A stretch of 64,000 nt of DNA, from contig CAWGMQ010000008.1 of assembly GCA_963823665.1 (NCBI GenBank), positions 768,001-832,000 of the forward strand. The letters are read 5' to 3'. The notes beneath the pieces were generated by a model. It was not told the origin of the DNA, did no database searches, and was given only the letters and a program-made list of their open reading frames with translations. The stretch comes from an uncultured Planctomycetota bacterium. Its GTDB lineage: Bacteria > Planctomycetota > Planctomycetia > Isosphaerales > Isosphaeraceae. The position numbers and the translations under genes were made by a program. Each line of letters opens with the position of its first letter. Positions within the stretch are counted from its first letter, which is position 1. Positions 1 through 11,093 of this stretch are shown here, in pieces.

Positions 1-242
1 TCGCTGTCGCGCTTACGCCGGGCACGCATAGACCGAGGCGGCATTGCCCAGCTTACCTAAGCGGCATCCCCGGAATAATCCTTAAGTTGGAACCACCGCG
101 AATCCGAAAAAGTAAACGGTTTCCCCGATCAAGAGATCGTGCGCGAGGCTCTTCTTCGGGGGCGTTCGATGACGAACTCCTGGTTGATTCCCGGGGTTTG
201 GTCCAGCTCGATTCTGGGTAACCTGGTCAATACCTGCGAGGC

Positions 243-3154
243 ATGTTTGCTTTGATGCGAACCGTTGGGGCGGGAATCAAGCTGATCGCTCTCTTGCTCG
301 GGCTCACGCCGATCGTCCGCGCCCAGGACGCGAGCCCCGAGGTATCGAGGGCCGGGTTCGAGCTGGTGCCCGCGCCCCCGGTGCAGACTGCCCCGAGCCA
401 GGCCCGCACCGGCGGCCAGGCGCAGCCGGAAACGGCTGGGCGGCCCGTGGCCAACCCTCCGCAGCCCGGAGGCGGACTCGGCCGTCAGCCGGCCCGCCCT
501 GCCGCAAACGCCGCCCCACCCGAGCAGCAGATTCAGTTTGATCGGAACGGCCTGGTGACAATGCACGTCAACGAGCTCGACGTCCGTCAGTTGCTCGAGC
601 TCCTCAGCCGTCGCAGCGGACTGAATATCCTGGTCTCGCCCAGGGTGAGCGGCACCATCACCGCCAACTTCGAGAACACCAAGGTGGATCAGGTGCTCAA
701 GGCGGTGATCAAGCTGGCTGGTCTCATTGAGAAGACGGAAGGATCGATTCACTTTCTCTACACCAGAGGCGAGATCGACGACGACGCGGAGATCACCAAA
801 CGCGAGAAGATCATGACGAGGGTCTACCGGCTCAATTACGTCCGCTCTGACGAGCTTCTCAATATGATCAGGCCGTTCTTGAGCCCCGACGTCGGCCAGA
901 AGCGGGTCGCCGTCACACCCTCGTACCGGTTCGGCATCGGCGAATCGGCGACCTTTGTCTCCGGAGGGGCTGGAGCGGCATCGGCCGGAGGCGGCGGGGC
1001 CAGCAGCGCGAACACCGGCGGGCCGACCAACCAGGGTGCATCCGGCGGCGGCGCGACCGTGGGGGGTTATCAACCGCCAACCGGCGGAAACTCGATGTCC
1101 GACAGCGACCTGCTCATCATCCAGGATTATGAATCCAACCTGAAAATCATTGACCAGATCATCAAGCGTGTCGACGTTCGGCCCGTCCAGGTGTTGATCG
1201 AGGCCGTCATCATCAGCGTCGACCTCGAGCGAGCCCGCCAGCTCGGCGTCAACTTCGCGCTCGTCGATAACCTCGGGACCGCGCTCGGCGAAATCGGCAG
1301 CGGCACGTCCCTCAACAACAACGTCGGCTTTAACCCCACCTCACTACTGACGACCGCCGGCAAGATCGCCGGCGTAGCCGCCGATCCGACGGGGCTTGCA
1401 TCCGCGGTCGGCGGCGCCAAGTTCGGCTTCGTCGCCAATAACGTCACGGGCTTCATCCAGGCACTTGAGACAATCGGCAGCACCAAGATCCTGGCCAGCC
1501 CCAGGATCCTCGTACTCAACAAGCAACGCGCCGAAATCCAGCTCGGCAGCCGCCTGGGATTCCAGACCTTCTCCCAGAACTTCACCAGCACGATCCAGCA
1601 GGTTCAGTTCCTGAACACGGGCACTCTGCTCCGGATCCGACCGTTCATTTCCCGGGATGGAATGATCCGGATGGAAATTCACCCTGAGCGCAGCTCGGGC
1701 TCGGTCACCAACAACATTCCCAACCAGCAAACCGCCGAGCTCACGACCAACGTCATGGTTCCCGACGGCGCGACACTCGTGATCGGCGGATTGATGGAAG
1801 ACGAAGACGACTATCAGCTTCAAGGGCTGCCCGGCCTGGCGCGCATCCCCGCGCTCGGCTTCCTCTTCGGATTCCGCCAGAAGAACGAAGGCCGCCGCGA
1901 GCTGGTCGTGCTGCTGACCCCGCATATCTGGTCGCCAGACGTTGCAATGGCATACAAGGTCGATCCCAACCTCGACGGGAACGAACCCGATGCGCCCCCA
2001 GCCGCGGAGCGCGGCTCCAAGGGCGATGGCTCGCCGAGCCCGGTCCCCGCCGTCGCGCCATTGCCAGGCGGAGACTCCACCGGCACCGCGCCGCCAACCG
2101 CTGGCGCCGACGTCGCCCTGGTTACCGATGCGCCCACACCGGTGGCTCCAAACGCGCCTGGCTCCCGCCCAGCGGCTCGCACGGCTTCAGCCGCAGCGCC
2201 TCCTCCGGACCAGCGGACGCAGGATTCACGCCCGCCCAGAAAAGGCGTCCTGAGCTCGTTCTGGCAGAGGATCACAGGGCACGACGACACGTCCCATCGC
2301 GACCTACCCCGCCAGCGCACCGCAACCGCCGGCACCGGCTCGGCACTGATTCACGTGGCGGCGACCCGAATCCGATCACGGCGGAACCCGATCGCTCGCC
2401 CGCAAGCGCCGAAACTCAGGCGACCACCACACCTGAACCGGGCCCCCCGGCCCAGACGGCTGTGCCCGTCGCTCAGACCGGCCCAGATTCCGCGGCCCGC
2501 CTCGGTATGAGACGCCAGGATAACCGCGTCATTCGTACGTCGGCCGAGTCGCGGCCCCCGACAACAACAATGGTTGAATCTCCTCCAGTTTCTAATCGGA
2601 CCGCCGCAGGCGGGCCCAGTCGGCACACTGTCGGCGAAGGCGAAACCTTCGCGTCGATCGCCCAGTCCTACTACGGCTCGACGCGGTATGACACGGCGCT
2701 CTGGTGGCTCAACCGGCGCCAGGTGAACTGGCCCGACCAGCTCGCTCCCGGAGACAGCCTGATCATCCCGTCAGCTCGCGAAATCAAGTCGACCCTCGAC
2801 CAGATCGGCGGCGGACGCAGCGCAGGATCGGCGGGCCGGCCCAATCCGCCCGCTAAAATCAATCCGGACCGCGCACAACCGAACGCCCGTGAGCCCAAGG
2901 CGACCACGGCCCCGCGTTCGGATGCGACTCGCGGCCAGGCCGAGCGCGCCCGCTCTGCCGAATTTCCACCTTCATCGCAGGAGGGCGGCTGGGTGCCCGC
3001 GCAGCAGGCGCGCAATTCGCAACAACCAGCCGGCTGGATGCCCGTGCAGCCGGCGCGAACGGCGCGGAGCCGCGCTCCAGCTACGGCGCCGGATCGGACG
3101 AACGATCAGCAGCCGCGCCGCTCTTCGGAACCAGTCGAAAACTCACCGGAATAA
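243..3154 (+). CDS. Secretin (GspD/PilQ family), probably one gene with a C-terminal low-complexity linker and LysM domain (frameshift near 2340)
   Basis: ORF 243..2510 has a signal peptide, N-domains and secretin motifs (QVLIEAVII, KILASPRILVLNKQRAEI, DGATLVIGGL, PGLARIPALGFLF, RELVVLLTPHI). The frame of ORF 2462..3154 is open from at least 2345 and encodes LysM-like HTVGEGETFASIAQSYYG...LAPGDSLIIP. Confidence 0.85.
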
Positions 3155-3581
3155 CGAAACGCCTCGTGTCGTGGTAAATGAGCGATGCCGTCTCGGCAAT
3201 GCCGACAAAAGACCAGAACACGGCCAGCCGGATGAGCACGCCGATCGCGCCGGTTTGTTCCCAGACGTCTGCGCTCGAAAGGGCGATCCAACCGAGATAA
3301 ACGCCGGCGAACATGAGGCCCGTCGCGAGCTCGATCGCAGGGTAACGCGGCGAAATCGCCCCCTCGCAGACGCGGCAGCGACCACGCAGTATCAGCCAGC
3401 CGATGACTGGGAAATTATCACGCGCCGCAATCGACGAACGGCAGCGCGGACATCGCGACCTCGGCCGCAGAACGCTCAGGCCTCTCGGAACGCGATAAAC
3501 ACATACGTTGACAAAACTGCCTACCGCGCTGCCGATCACCAGAAACAGCAAGGCAAGTACGGCATGATGCCCGTAGCCCAT
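3081..3581 (-). CDS. Prepilin peptidase A24 N-terminal (zinc-binding) domain protein, short; lacks the C-terminal GxGD half
   Basis: GSFVNVCVYRVPRG, SRCPRC, DNFPVIGWLILRGRCRVC, ISPRYPAIEL are PilD/GspO N-terminal motifs. Confidence 0.85.
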   Translation of the reverse strand: MGYGHHAVLALLFLVIGSAVGSFVNVCVYRVPRGLSVLRPRSRCPRCRSSIAARDNFPVIGWLILRGRCRVCEGAISPRYPAIELATGLMFAGVYLGWIALSSADVWEQTGAIGVLIRLAVFWSFVGIAETASLIYHDTRRFVIPVSFRLVPKSGAAADRSSDPAP

Positions 3582-4033
3582 TTAATCATGCTCCACTGGT
3601 AGAAGAGCAAGGTCAGGTAGAGCCCGATGAAGGCCGGAAACAAGAACCCCACGCGAAATCGGGTTCCAAATAGCCGGTAATTCTTGAACACGAGCAGGAA
3701 TGGAAGACCAGCGGCCGTCAGCACGTACTTGCCCGCGAAGAATGCGTTTCGACTTCGCGCAAGTAGATAGGCCATGAACGGATTGACTTCCTCGCTTTGG
3801 GAATCCAGCAGCTCGACCGTCAAGATGCCGTCGGCAATCGTCAGCACCAGGAGGCCCACGATCATCGCCAGAGTCGTCACGCTGAACCGGTCGACAAAGT
3901 AAGTCTCCGCACGCTCCTCGCTGCGCCTCGGCACTTCACGCCTGCCTCTGCCGCGGAGCGCATCGATCGGACTGGTCGGCCGCTGCCGACGGTCACCCTG
4001 CCCACGCTCGCCGCGACCTTCTTCGTGGTTCAT
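3536..4033 (-). CDS. DUF5658-like small membrane protein
   Basis: Arg-rich N-terminus (DRRQRP, RGRGRR), YFVDRF, LTIADGILT...EVNPFMAYLL and transmembrane segments. Confidence 0.65.
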   Translation of the reverse strand: MNHEEGRGERGQGDRRQRPTSPIDALRGRGRREVPRRSEERAETYFVDRFSVTTLAMIVGLLVLTIADGILTVELLDSQSEEVNPFMAYLLARSRNAFFAGKYVLTAAGLPFLLVFKNYRLFGTRFRVGFLFPAFIGLYLTLLFYQWSMIKWATGIMPYLPCCFW

Positions 4034-4042
4034 GAATTCCGA

Positions 4043-5851
4043 TCAGCCCTCTTCGGCCATGGTCACGCTGAGCGCGGCCTCCAGGCTGGTCAGCCCCTGC
4101 CGCACCTTGTCGAGCGCGCTGTCGAAGAGCATCTTCATTCCCTCCTCGCGCGCCGCCTTGCGAAGCTGGTCGAGGGGCGCGCGCTTCTGGATGAGCTGGG
4201 TCAGTCTGGGCGTGATCCGCACCACCTCGAACACGCCGACCCGTCCGCGATAACCCATCCGCCGGCATTGCAGGCAGCCCTTGGGCCGATAAAACGTCTC
4301 GCCCGGAACCAGCCGGTGCTGCTCGGCGAGCTCTGCGCTGATCTCGTAGGGCTCCTTGCAGTTGGGACAGAGCCGCCGGACCAGCCGCTGGGCCTCGAGC
4401 ACACGGAGCGCACACGCCAGCAGAAACGGCTCGATACCCATGTCTTGAAGCCGCGTGATCGCGGAAAGTGCGTCATTGGTGTGGATCGTCGAGAGCACGA
4501 AGTGGCCCGTGAGCGCAGCACGCAGACAGATCTCGGCTGTCTCCTGGTCGCGCACCTCGCCCACCATGATGATGTCCGGATCCTGCCTCAGGAACGCCCG
4601 CAGTGCCGACGAGAATGTGAGCCCCACCTGTGCCTTCACCTGAACCTGGTTCATCCCCTTGAACTTGTATTCGACCGGATCTTCAACCGTGCAAATATTC
4701 ACCTTCGCGTCGTTGAGCTGGTTCAGGCACGAATAGAGCGTCGTCGACTTCCCGCTCCCCGTCGGACCGGTCACAAGGGCCAGGCCGTACGGCGACTGGA
4801 TCGACTCGAGCAAGTCCCTGGACTGGCGCTCGTCGAGCCCCAGGCCCGTGAGCTCGAGTGGTATCGCTCCCTTGTCCAGAATTCGCATGACCATCTTTTC
4901 GCCGTACACCGTCGGAACTGTGTTCACGCGAAGATCGATTCGCTTATCACCGGTACGGAGAGCGATGGCACCGTCCTGGGGAATCCGTTTCTCGGCGATG
5001 TCCATCCTCGCCAGCACCTTGAGCCGGGAAACGATCATGATGAAGATGCTCTTCGACGGCGGCGGCAGCTCGTGCAACACGCCGTCGATGCGCAGCCGGA
5101 ACTTGCAGCCGTCCTCGAACGGCTCGAGGTGAATGTCGCTGGCACGGTTGCGAAGCGCCTGCTCGACGATCTGGTTGACCATCCGCACAATCCGCCCGTT
5201 GGAATCGGCCGGCGGCGCGAGATCCAGGTCGAGGATGTTCTCGTCATTTCCGTCACGATCTTCCTCGAGACCGGCGAAATCCTCGGTCCCCTCGCCGATG
5301 GCCTTGGTGTCGCGAGTCGAGCGATACAGCACGTCCAGCCGCGATTCCACCACCGACAAGGGCGCGATCAGCGGGTTGATCCGCAGACCCGTCATCAACT
5401 GCAGCTCGTCGACGACACCCATCTCCTCGGGCGACACGAACGCGACATCCAGCACGGTGTCGCGCACCGCCAGCGGACAGATCAGCCGATCGACGCACAA
5501 TTTTTCGGGCAGCAGACCCCCCAGCTCCTTGTCGACGGGGCAAGCCTCGACCGTACTGTTCACAACCGGCAGAAACAGGTCTTCCGCATAGACGCTGGCG
5601 ACCTCCTGCTCGGAAATGAAGCCACCCCGGATCAACACCACCTCGGACAACATTCCGGGCTTGGCCTTCTGAAGCGTCTGCTCGATCTCCTCCAGCCGCC
5701 GGGCGTCGAACCAGTTGCGCCGGGAGAGCAGCTCGAGAATCAGGGCGCAACACCGGTATCGCTCAAGACTTCCGCCATCAGCGAGCGCTCGCTCCGGGAG
5801 GATCTCGGGTTTCATCACGGTCGGGCCTGTCATGCCAAGTGTAGGTCTCAA
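4043..5851 (-). CDS. GspE/PilB-family secretion/pilus assembly ATPase (true start probably 5815 or 5833)
   Basis: RASDIHLEP, MDIAEKRIPQDG, Walker A GPTGSGKST, TVEDPVE, LRQDPDIIMVGEVRD, tetracysteine CPNC...CLQC, GYRGRVG. Confidence 0.95.
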   Translation of the reverse strand: MRPTLGMTGPTVMKPEILPERALADGGSLERYRCCALILELLSRRNWFDARRLEEIEQTLQKAKPGMLSEVVLIRGGFISEQEVASVYAEDLFLPVVNSTVEACPVDKELGGLLPEKLCVDRLICPLAVRDTVLDVAFVSPEEMGVVDELQLMTGLRINPLIAPLSVVESRLDVLYRSTRDTKAIGEGTEDFAGLEEDRDGNDENILDLDLAPPADSNGRIVRMVNQIVEQALRNRASDIHLEPFEDGCKFRLRIDGVLHELPPPSKSIFIMIVSRLKVLARMDIAEKRIPQDGAIALRTGDKRIDLRVNTVPTVYGEKMVMRILDKGAIPLELTGLGLDERQSRDLLESIQSPYGLALVTGPTGSGKSTTLYSCLNQLNDAKVNICTVEDPVEYKFKGMNQVQVKAQVGLTFSSALRAFLRQDPDIIMVGEVRDQETAEICLRAALTGHFVLSTIHTNDALSAITRLQDMGIEPFLLACALRVLEAQRLVRRLCPNCKEPYEISAELAEQHRLVPGETFYRPKGCLQCRRMGYRGRVGVFEVVRITPRLTQLIQKRAPLDQLRKAAREEGMKMLFDSALDKVRQGLTSLEAALSVTMAEEG

Positions 5852-5876
5852 ACCGCAGCCTCGCGTGATAGTCCGT

Positions 5877-7520
5877 TCATTTGCGCCAGATCTTGAGGAG
5901 CGATCCCGTGCCAGGCCGGAAGTTGTTGTCGATGACCCAGGCGTCGCGCTCGAGCACGTAGAGGCTGCCGTCGGGCGCGAACTGAAGATCGACGGGCCGG
6001 GCGAGCCCGGTTGCGAACGTCGCGACCTTCTCCGGGTGTTCCGGATCGAGGACCTTGATCCATCCCTTGACGAAATCGGCGAAGAAGTACCGGCCCCGAA
6101 ACGCCGCCGGGAAGCTGTGGGATGCGCTGCTCGGGCAAAACGCCGCCGCCGGCTATCGAGGCCACCGGGTAGTGGTGGATCGGCCCGCGAAACCGCGGCT
6201 CCTTTGTCGGGCCCTCGCTCGCCGGCCAGCCGTAGTTGGCGCCGGGAAAACCCTCGTTGATCTCCTCCCAGGCAGACTGCCCCACGTCATTGATGAAGAT
6301 CCGGCCCGTCTCCTGCTGCACGGCGAACGTGAACGGATTGCGCAGCCCGAGCGCCAGATCGCGCGGTACTTCCCGCGCGCCTTCTTGTAGAACGGATTGT
6401 CTTCCGGCATCGAGCCGTCGGCGTTCAGTCGCAGCAGCTTGCCGAGCAGAGAGTCCATCGCCTGAGCAGGAGCCCCGGCCGTTTGCTCGCCAAATGCGAT
6501 ATAGAGTTTTCCGTCCTTGCCGAAATGGATTGCTCCGCCTTGATGGCCGTTGGGAGTAACGCCGCCCATCTTTGTCTGGTCGTCGCCTTCGAGGAGGACT
6601 TTCTCGCTCCTCGGGTCGGCGATGTCTCCTCGTGCCGTGAAGCGGCTCAAGCGATGGTGAGGATAGGGCTCACGCAGGACGCAGTTGACGTAGACGTAGC
6701 TGTTGCTGGTGAACTGCGGGTCGATCGCGACGCCGATCACGCCGCGCTCCCAGGTGCTGTCGACCATGGCGGTCAGGAAGGGAGCATCGAGCAATCGGCC
6801 GCCTTTGACGATGCGGAGCGCGCCGGTTTGCTCGCACACGAAGACGCGGCCGTCGGGTGCGATCGCCATCGCCGTCGCGCCGGTGATTCCGCCGGTCACC
6901 CGCGTCCACGTGAATTCCTCGGGCAGCGTGATGGGACCGGTTGAGCGCAGGGATTCGAGGAAGGCGATCAGGTCGGCGAATTCCGCGGGTGAGATGCCCG
7001 TGGTGAGGCTCGAGGGCATGAGCGAGGTACCGTCGATCTTGCGGTTCTCGATATCGCCCGCCTTCACGCGCTGCATCTGCCCATCCGCGTCGATGAGCAC
7101 CAAGCCCGCGGCGGACTCGTCCCGGGCGATGCCGCTAAGAACTCGCCCGTCTCTGGTCGCGATGGTGGTGGTGCGGTAGCCCTCGACGATCTGGCGTGAG
7201 GGCTCGAGTATCGACTCGACGAGCAAGGGGCGATCAAACTTGCCGCCGATGTCGGAGAGGTCCGGGCCGATGTCGCCCCCCTGGCCGCGAGCGCGGTGGC
7301 AGCGTGAGCAGGCGAGGCGCTTGGGATCGCCGAAGAGGGCGCGGCCGCGGGCGGGGTCGCCGTGGTGGGTGGCAGCGTACCGCGCGTAATCAGCCGCGGT
7401 CGCCTGCCCGCCATCTTGCCCGCGGGCGGCCGCGACAATACTCAGAGCGGTCAACGTGACGGCGATCGCCAGCAACTTACCGACTCCAACGCGAGCTCGA
7501 CGTACACGCTCACGGCGCAA
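5877..7520 (-). CDS. Secreted cytochrome c (CxxCH) plus glucose/sorbosone-dehydrogenase-type beta-propeller protein; frameshifted near 6350 and 6150; start approximate
   Basis: GDPARGRALF..CSRCH..GPDLS..ESILEPS..SLMP heme domain; then PDGRVFVCEQTG, HQGGAIHFGKDGKLYI, GKLLRLNADG; continues in ORF 5848..6321 (WEEINEG..GANYGWP) and ends GSLLKIWRK*. Confidence 0.8.
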
Positions 7521-9324
7521 CGATGTCGAAAATGTTAACACCGGCTCCAACCGGCGACGTGACGGCCATCCAACGCCCGTCCGGCGAGACGGCCAGGCCG
7601 TCGGATGATCCGCCGCTGCTTCGCTCGAACGCATCCGTTTCCGCACCAGTAGAGGCATTCCACGTCCTGATCTTGAGCGCTCCAACGGCCACTACCCGCC
7701 GTCCGTCAGGTGTGAATTTGACGTCGCTACAGAATGGGACCTGATCTTGACGGTTCGCTCCACCGGGAGCGTGCGCGTCGCCATCAAAAGTCAGCACGGC
7801 GCACCGGCGGAATGGTTCGCGAGCCACGTCGTACAAGCGCACGTGGCCGTGCTCGTTTCCATTCTTGCCGTCGTTCATCGCTCCACCGGCGGCCAAGGTC
7901 CGGCCGTCAGGAGAAAACGCGATCGACCGAACGCGGAATGCCTCGGTCTCCAGTTCCGGCGTCAATCGCCGCCGATTGGCCGCGACATCCCAGAACGTGA
8001 GACTCCCTCCGCCTCCGATCATCACGAGCATCTGCCCGCTGGGGGAGAACGCGAGTGCACCGCCGCCCACCCCATCAATGAGACGGATCTCGCGCCCGCT
8101 TCCGACGTCCCAGACGCGTACGGTTCGATCCGATCCGCTTGTAGCAAGGGTCTGGCTGTCGGGTGAGAACGCCACGGCGACTATATTTACAGCGGGGACG
8201 CCGATCGTGAGCACTGCGCGGCGCGACGCGACTTCCCAGAGCATCACCTCGCTCGGACCATCCTGATCGTCCAGCATGTGGACCCGGCCGGCAAGCAGCT
8301 TGCCATCAGGCGAGAACGCCACCGACTCAACGCCCCGATCGGCCACCGGCAGCGTCGCGACCTTCTTGCAGGAGACGGTGTCCCAAAGCACCACTTCCCC
8401 GGGGCCGTTCTTGGTGTAACGCGCAGCGGCCACAAGTTTGCCAAGAGGTGAAAACGCGACGTCTTGCACCTCACGGCCGATGTCGCGCAAGGGCAAATAG
8501 CGGATCCGCCGGAAGGAGGGCCCGCCGCCGCGCGCAGCGTCTTGTCGCACCCGATGATGTCCGGGAAACCGCCCGTTCTCGGCGTCCGCGGATGCCGCAA
8601 GATCGAAAACCCCCACGGATTTATCACGGTCCCCCAGCTTGATCTCGATTGGCCGATCCTCCCATTTTACGTCGGGGCCGTACGCGTGGATCGTGACGTG
8701 CCCCGGCGGCAAGAAGAATTCGAGCTCACCGTTCGTTGAGCTGGCGAAGAGCGGACGAGGTCTGCCTTCGCTACTGGCGCCCAGCACAACGTAAGCTGCC
8801 CGCCACCATCCCTCGCCAACGAGCTCGGCGTGATACTTCTTCTCCAGGCCGGCTAAACCCGTGCTATCGATCCGGAAGTGCACGCGACAAGCCGGATACA
8901 TGACGACGCTGATCGGCTTGTCGAGCATTTCGCGCGTGACTTTGCAGAGACCGACAAGCGGACGACCCTCCGCCGGTCGGATCGCGTAGATTCCCACTCC
9001 GTCCAGTTGCCTCGGAATTCGTAGCTCGAGCGCCGCTAATCCCCGCGAATTCGAGGTCGCCCCTTCGATTGACTCGGGAACGCTGAAAGACGCCTCCCGG
9101 TCGCAGTCACGCTGAAAGTAGGTGCTCGCAATCGCCCCCTCCATGGGCCGCCCGTCCGCATCGACCAGGCGGATCACCCTGCGAGCGGCTTTCACGGTGT
9201 ACCTCTGGTCCTGTGGATCGCGCTGAGGGTTTCGATTCCGAACCGCACCAACTGACGACCCGAAACCGAAGCAGGCCAGGATCGCACCGAACACGATCTT
9301 CCGAATGGGCGCTCGCATTGGCAC
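7510..9324 (-). CDS. Secreted WD40-repeat protein
   Basis: Signal-like N-terminus; repeated VAFSPDG..LA and VRVWDV motifs. Confidence 0.85.
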   Translation of the reverse strand: MPMRAPIRKIVFGAILACFGFGSSVGAVRNRNPQRDPQDQRYTVKAARRVIRLVDADGRPMEGAIASTYFQRDCDREASFSVPESIEGATSNSRGLAALELRIPRQLDGVGIYAIRPAEGRPLVGLCKVTREMLDKPISVVMYPACRVHFRIDSTGLAGLEKKYHAELVGEGWWRAAYVVLGASSEGRPRPLFASSTNGELEFFLPPGHVTIHAYGPDVKWEDRPIEIKLGDRDKSVGVFDLAASADAENGRFPGHHRVRQDAARGGGPSFRRIRYLPLRDIGREVQDVAFSPLGKLVAAARYTKNGPGEVVLWDTVSCKKVATLPVADRGVESVAFSPDGKLLAGRVHMLDDQDGPSEVMLWEVASRRAVLTIGVPAVNIVAVAFSPDSQTLATSGSDRTVRVWDVGSGREIRLIDGVGGGALAFSPSGQMLVMIGGGGSLTFWDVAANRRRLTPELETEAFRVRSIAFSPDGRTLAAGGAMNDGKNGNEHGHVRLYDVAREPFRRCAVLTFDGDAHAPGGANRQDQVPFCSDVKFTPDGRRVVAVGALKIRTWNASTGAETDAFERSSGGSSDGLAVSPDGRWMAVTSPVGAGVNIFDIVAP

Positions 9325-9562
9325 TACCTCAACTTCGGGCCAACGGATTATTGCCGACCGGCGTTTTGACCGGCGGTGCAGACCTCTCCGAGTTTAACAT
9401 CGCCGCCTCGAGACGAACACGTTGCAGATGGCTCGAGTGAGTATCAGCCACTCATTTCGGCCGCACATCGGAACGCCAGCCGCTCGTACCAGCAGGCTTG
9501 TTTCCGGCTTGATCGGGTGGGATGATCGGCTCTGCTTTTCTATCCGTCAAGAGCCTGGGATC

Positions 9563-11056
9563 ATGAAGCAAGTCTCACTTTCTCTACTACTGGCAGGAGG
9601 GCTGGAGACGGTCGTCCGGAACGCCAATCCGTGGTGGCTCGGCGAGCCGATCGCGGGGCTTCCGTCGTTTCGACGTTCGGCGTTCGAGCCGGTTTACCAC
9701 CGGCTGTCGCGCGGGCTAGCCCCGGCCGTCGTGCTGCGCGGCCCGCGCCAGGTCGGCAAGACGACGCTGTTGACCCAGGTCGTCGATCAGTTGATCCGCG
9801 ACGGCGTCGATCCGAAGCGGCTGTTCCGGCTCCAGTTTGATGATCTCAGCAACTTGAAGCGGCTTGCGACTCCAATCGTCGAGCTTGTCGACTGGTACGT
9901 GCGCAACGTGCTGGGCGAGACGCTCAACAGCGCGGCCGCGGCGGGCCGCGCGCCGTTTCTTTTTCTTGACGAGGTGCAGAATCTCCCCGAGTGGGCACCT
10001 CAACTGAAGCATCTCGTGGACCTCGGCAAAGTGCGGGCAATGGTAACCGGAAGCAGCGCGCTGCGGATCGATTCAGGGCACGACAGCCTGGCTGGGAGAG
10101 TGCAGACACTCGAGATGGGGCCGCTCTTGCTGCGAGAAATCGCCGCCTTGCGAGGATTCGGCGACGTTCCGCAGTGCCTTCCTCCCAACGGCCTCGCGCC
10201 GCTCAAGGACAAAATGTTCTGGCAAGCGCTGCGGGCGCATGGCGAGACTTATCGCGAGGTGCGAGATCGGGCTTTCCAGGCCTTCGCAGAGCGGGGCGCG
10301 TACCCGGTGGCCCAGGTCAGGTCCGATATACCCTGGGGCGAGCTGGCCGACTTCTTGAACGAGACCGTCATTCGCAGGGCGATCACCCACGACCTGCGGA
10401 TGGGTTCGCGGGGACAAAAGCGCGACGAGCATCTCTTGGAAGAGGTATTTCGTTTGGCGTGCCGTTACATCGGGCAGTCACCCTCGCAGGCGATGTACCT
10501 CGACGAGATCAGACGAGCGATGAGCGCCGACGTGGGCTGGCAACGAATCCTGGCGTATCTCCGGTTCCTCGATGGTGCCCTCTTGATTCGACTGATCGAG
10601 CCGCTCGAGCTTCGTCTCAAGCGACGGCGCGGCGGTTCCAAACTCTGCCTGTGTGACCCGATGCTGTGCGCAGCGTGGTTACAAGAGGTGATCCCGCTTG
10701 ATCCGGAGGGCCTCGCCGCATCGCCGCATTTGTACGATCTCGCGGGTCATATCGCCGAAAGCGTCGTGGGGTACTTCTTTCGCTCCTTGATCGGTCTTGA
10801 CGTGGCGCACTTCCCCGAGCGCAGCGCAGAGCCCGAAGTCGACTTCGTGCTGACGGTGGGCGAGCAACGGATCCCGGTGGAAGTAAAGTACCGTCGCCGG
10901 ATCGATCACCGCGACACCCTCGGCCTGCGGTCCTTCGTCGAAAAAGCTCACTACAACGCGCCCTTCGGCGTTCTGGTGACCATGCTCGACGACCCGGGAA
11001 CCGACGACCCGCGGATCGTTTCCGTGCCGCTGGCAACGTTGCTTTTCATGCGATGA
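9563..11056 (+). CDS. AAA_14 ATPase with C-terminal DUF4143 (PD-(D/E)xK-like) domain
   Basis: NPWW, Walker A GPRQVGKTT, Walker B LFLDEVQ, TGSS, SLAGR, C-terminal EVDFVL...IPVEVKY. ATG at 9563 is in frame with ORF 9422..11056. Confidence 0.9.
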   Translation: MKQVSLSLLLAGGLETVVRNANPWWLGEPIAGLPSFRRSAFEPVYHRLSRGLAPAVVLRGPRQVGKTTLLTQVVDQLIRDGVDPKRLFRLQFDDLSNLKRLATPIVELVDWYVRNVLGETLNSAAAAGRAPFLFLDEVQNLPEWAPQLKHLVDLGKVRAMVTGSSALRIDSGHDSLAGRVQTLEMGPLLLREIAALRGFGDVPQCLPPNGLAPLKDKMFWQALRAHGETYREVRDRAFQAFAERGAYPVAQVRSDIPWGELADFLNETVIRRAITHDLRMGSRGQKRDEHLLEEVFRLACRYIGQSPSQAMYLDEIRRAMSADVGWQRILAYLRFLDGALLIRLIEPLELRLKRRRGGSKLCLCDPMLCAAWLQEVIPLDPEGLAASPHLYDLAGHIAESVVGYFFRSLIGLDVAHFPERSAEPEVDFVLTVGEQRIPVEVKYRRRIDHRDTLGLRSFVEKAHYNAPFGVLVTMLDDPGTDDPRIVSVPLATLLFMR

Positions 11057-11093
11057 ATTTGATCTACGGGTCCCCCGACCGGAGACGACGCTG

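Noticed and set aside
88..115. GGAACC-N17-GTAA ECF-like promoter upstream of the secretin
   Set aside because: Single short match with no second copy to support it.
3797..5896. 699-aa plus-strand ORF
   Set aside because: Antisense shadow of the GspE/PilB gene, as expected in high-GC DNA; no motifs.
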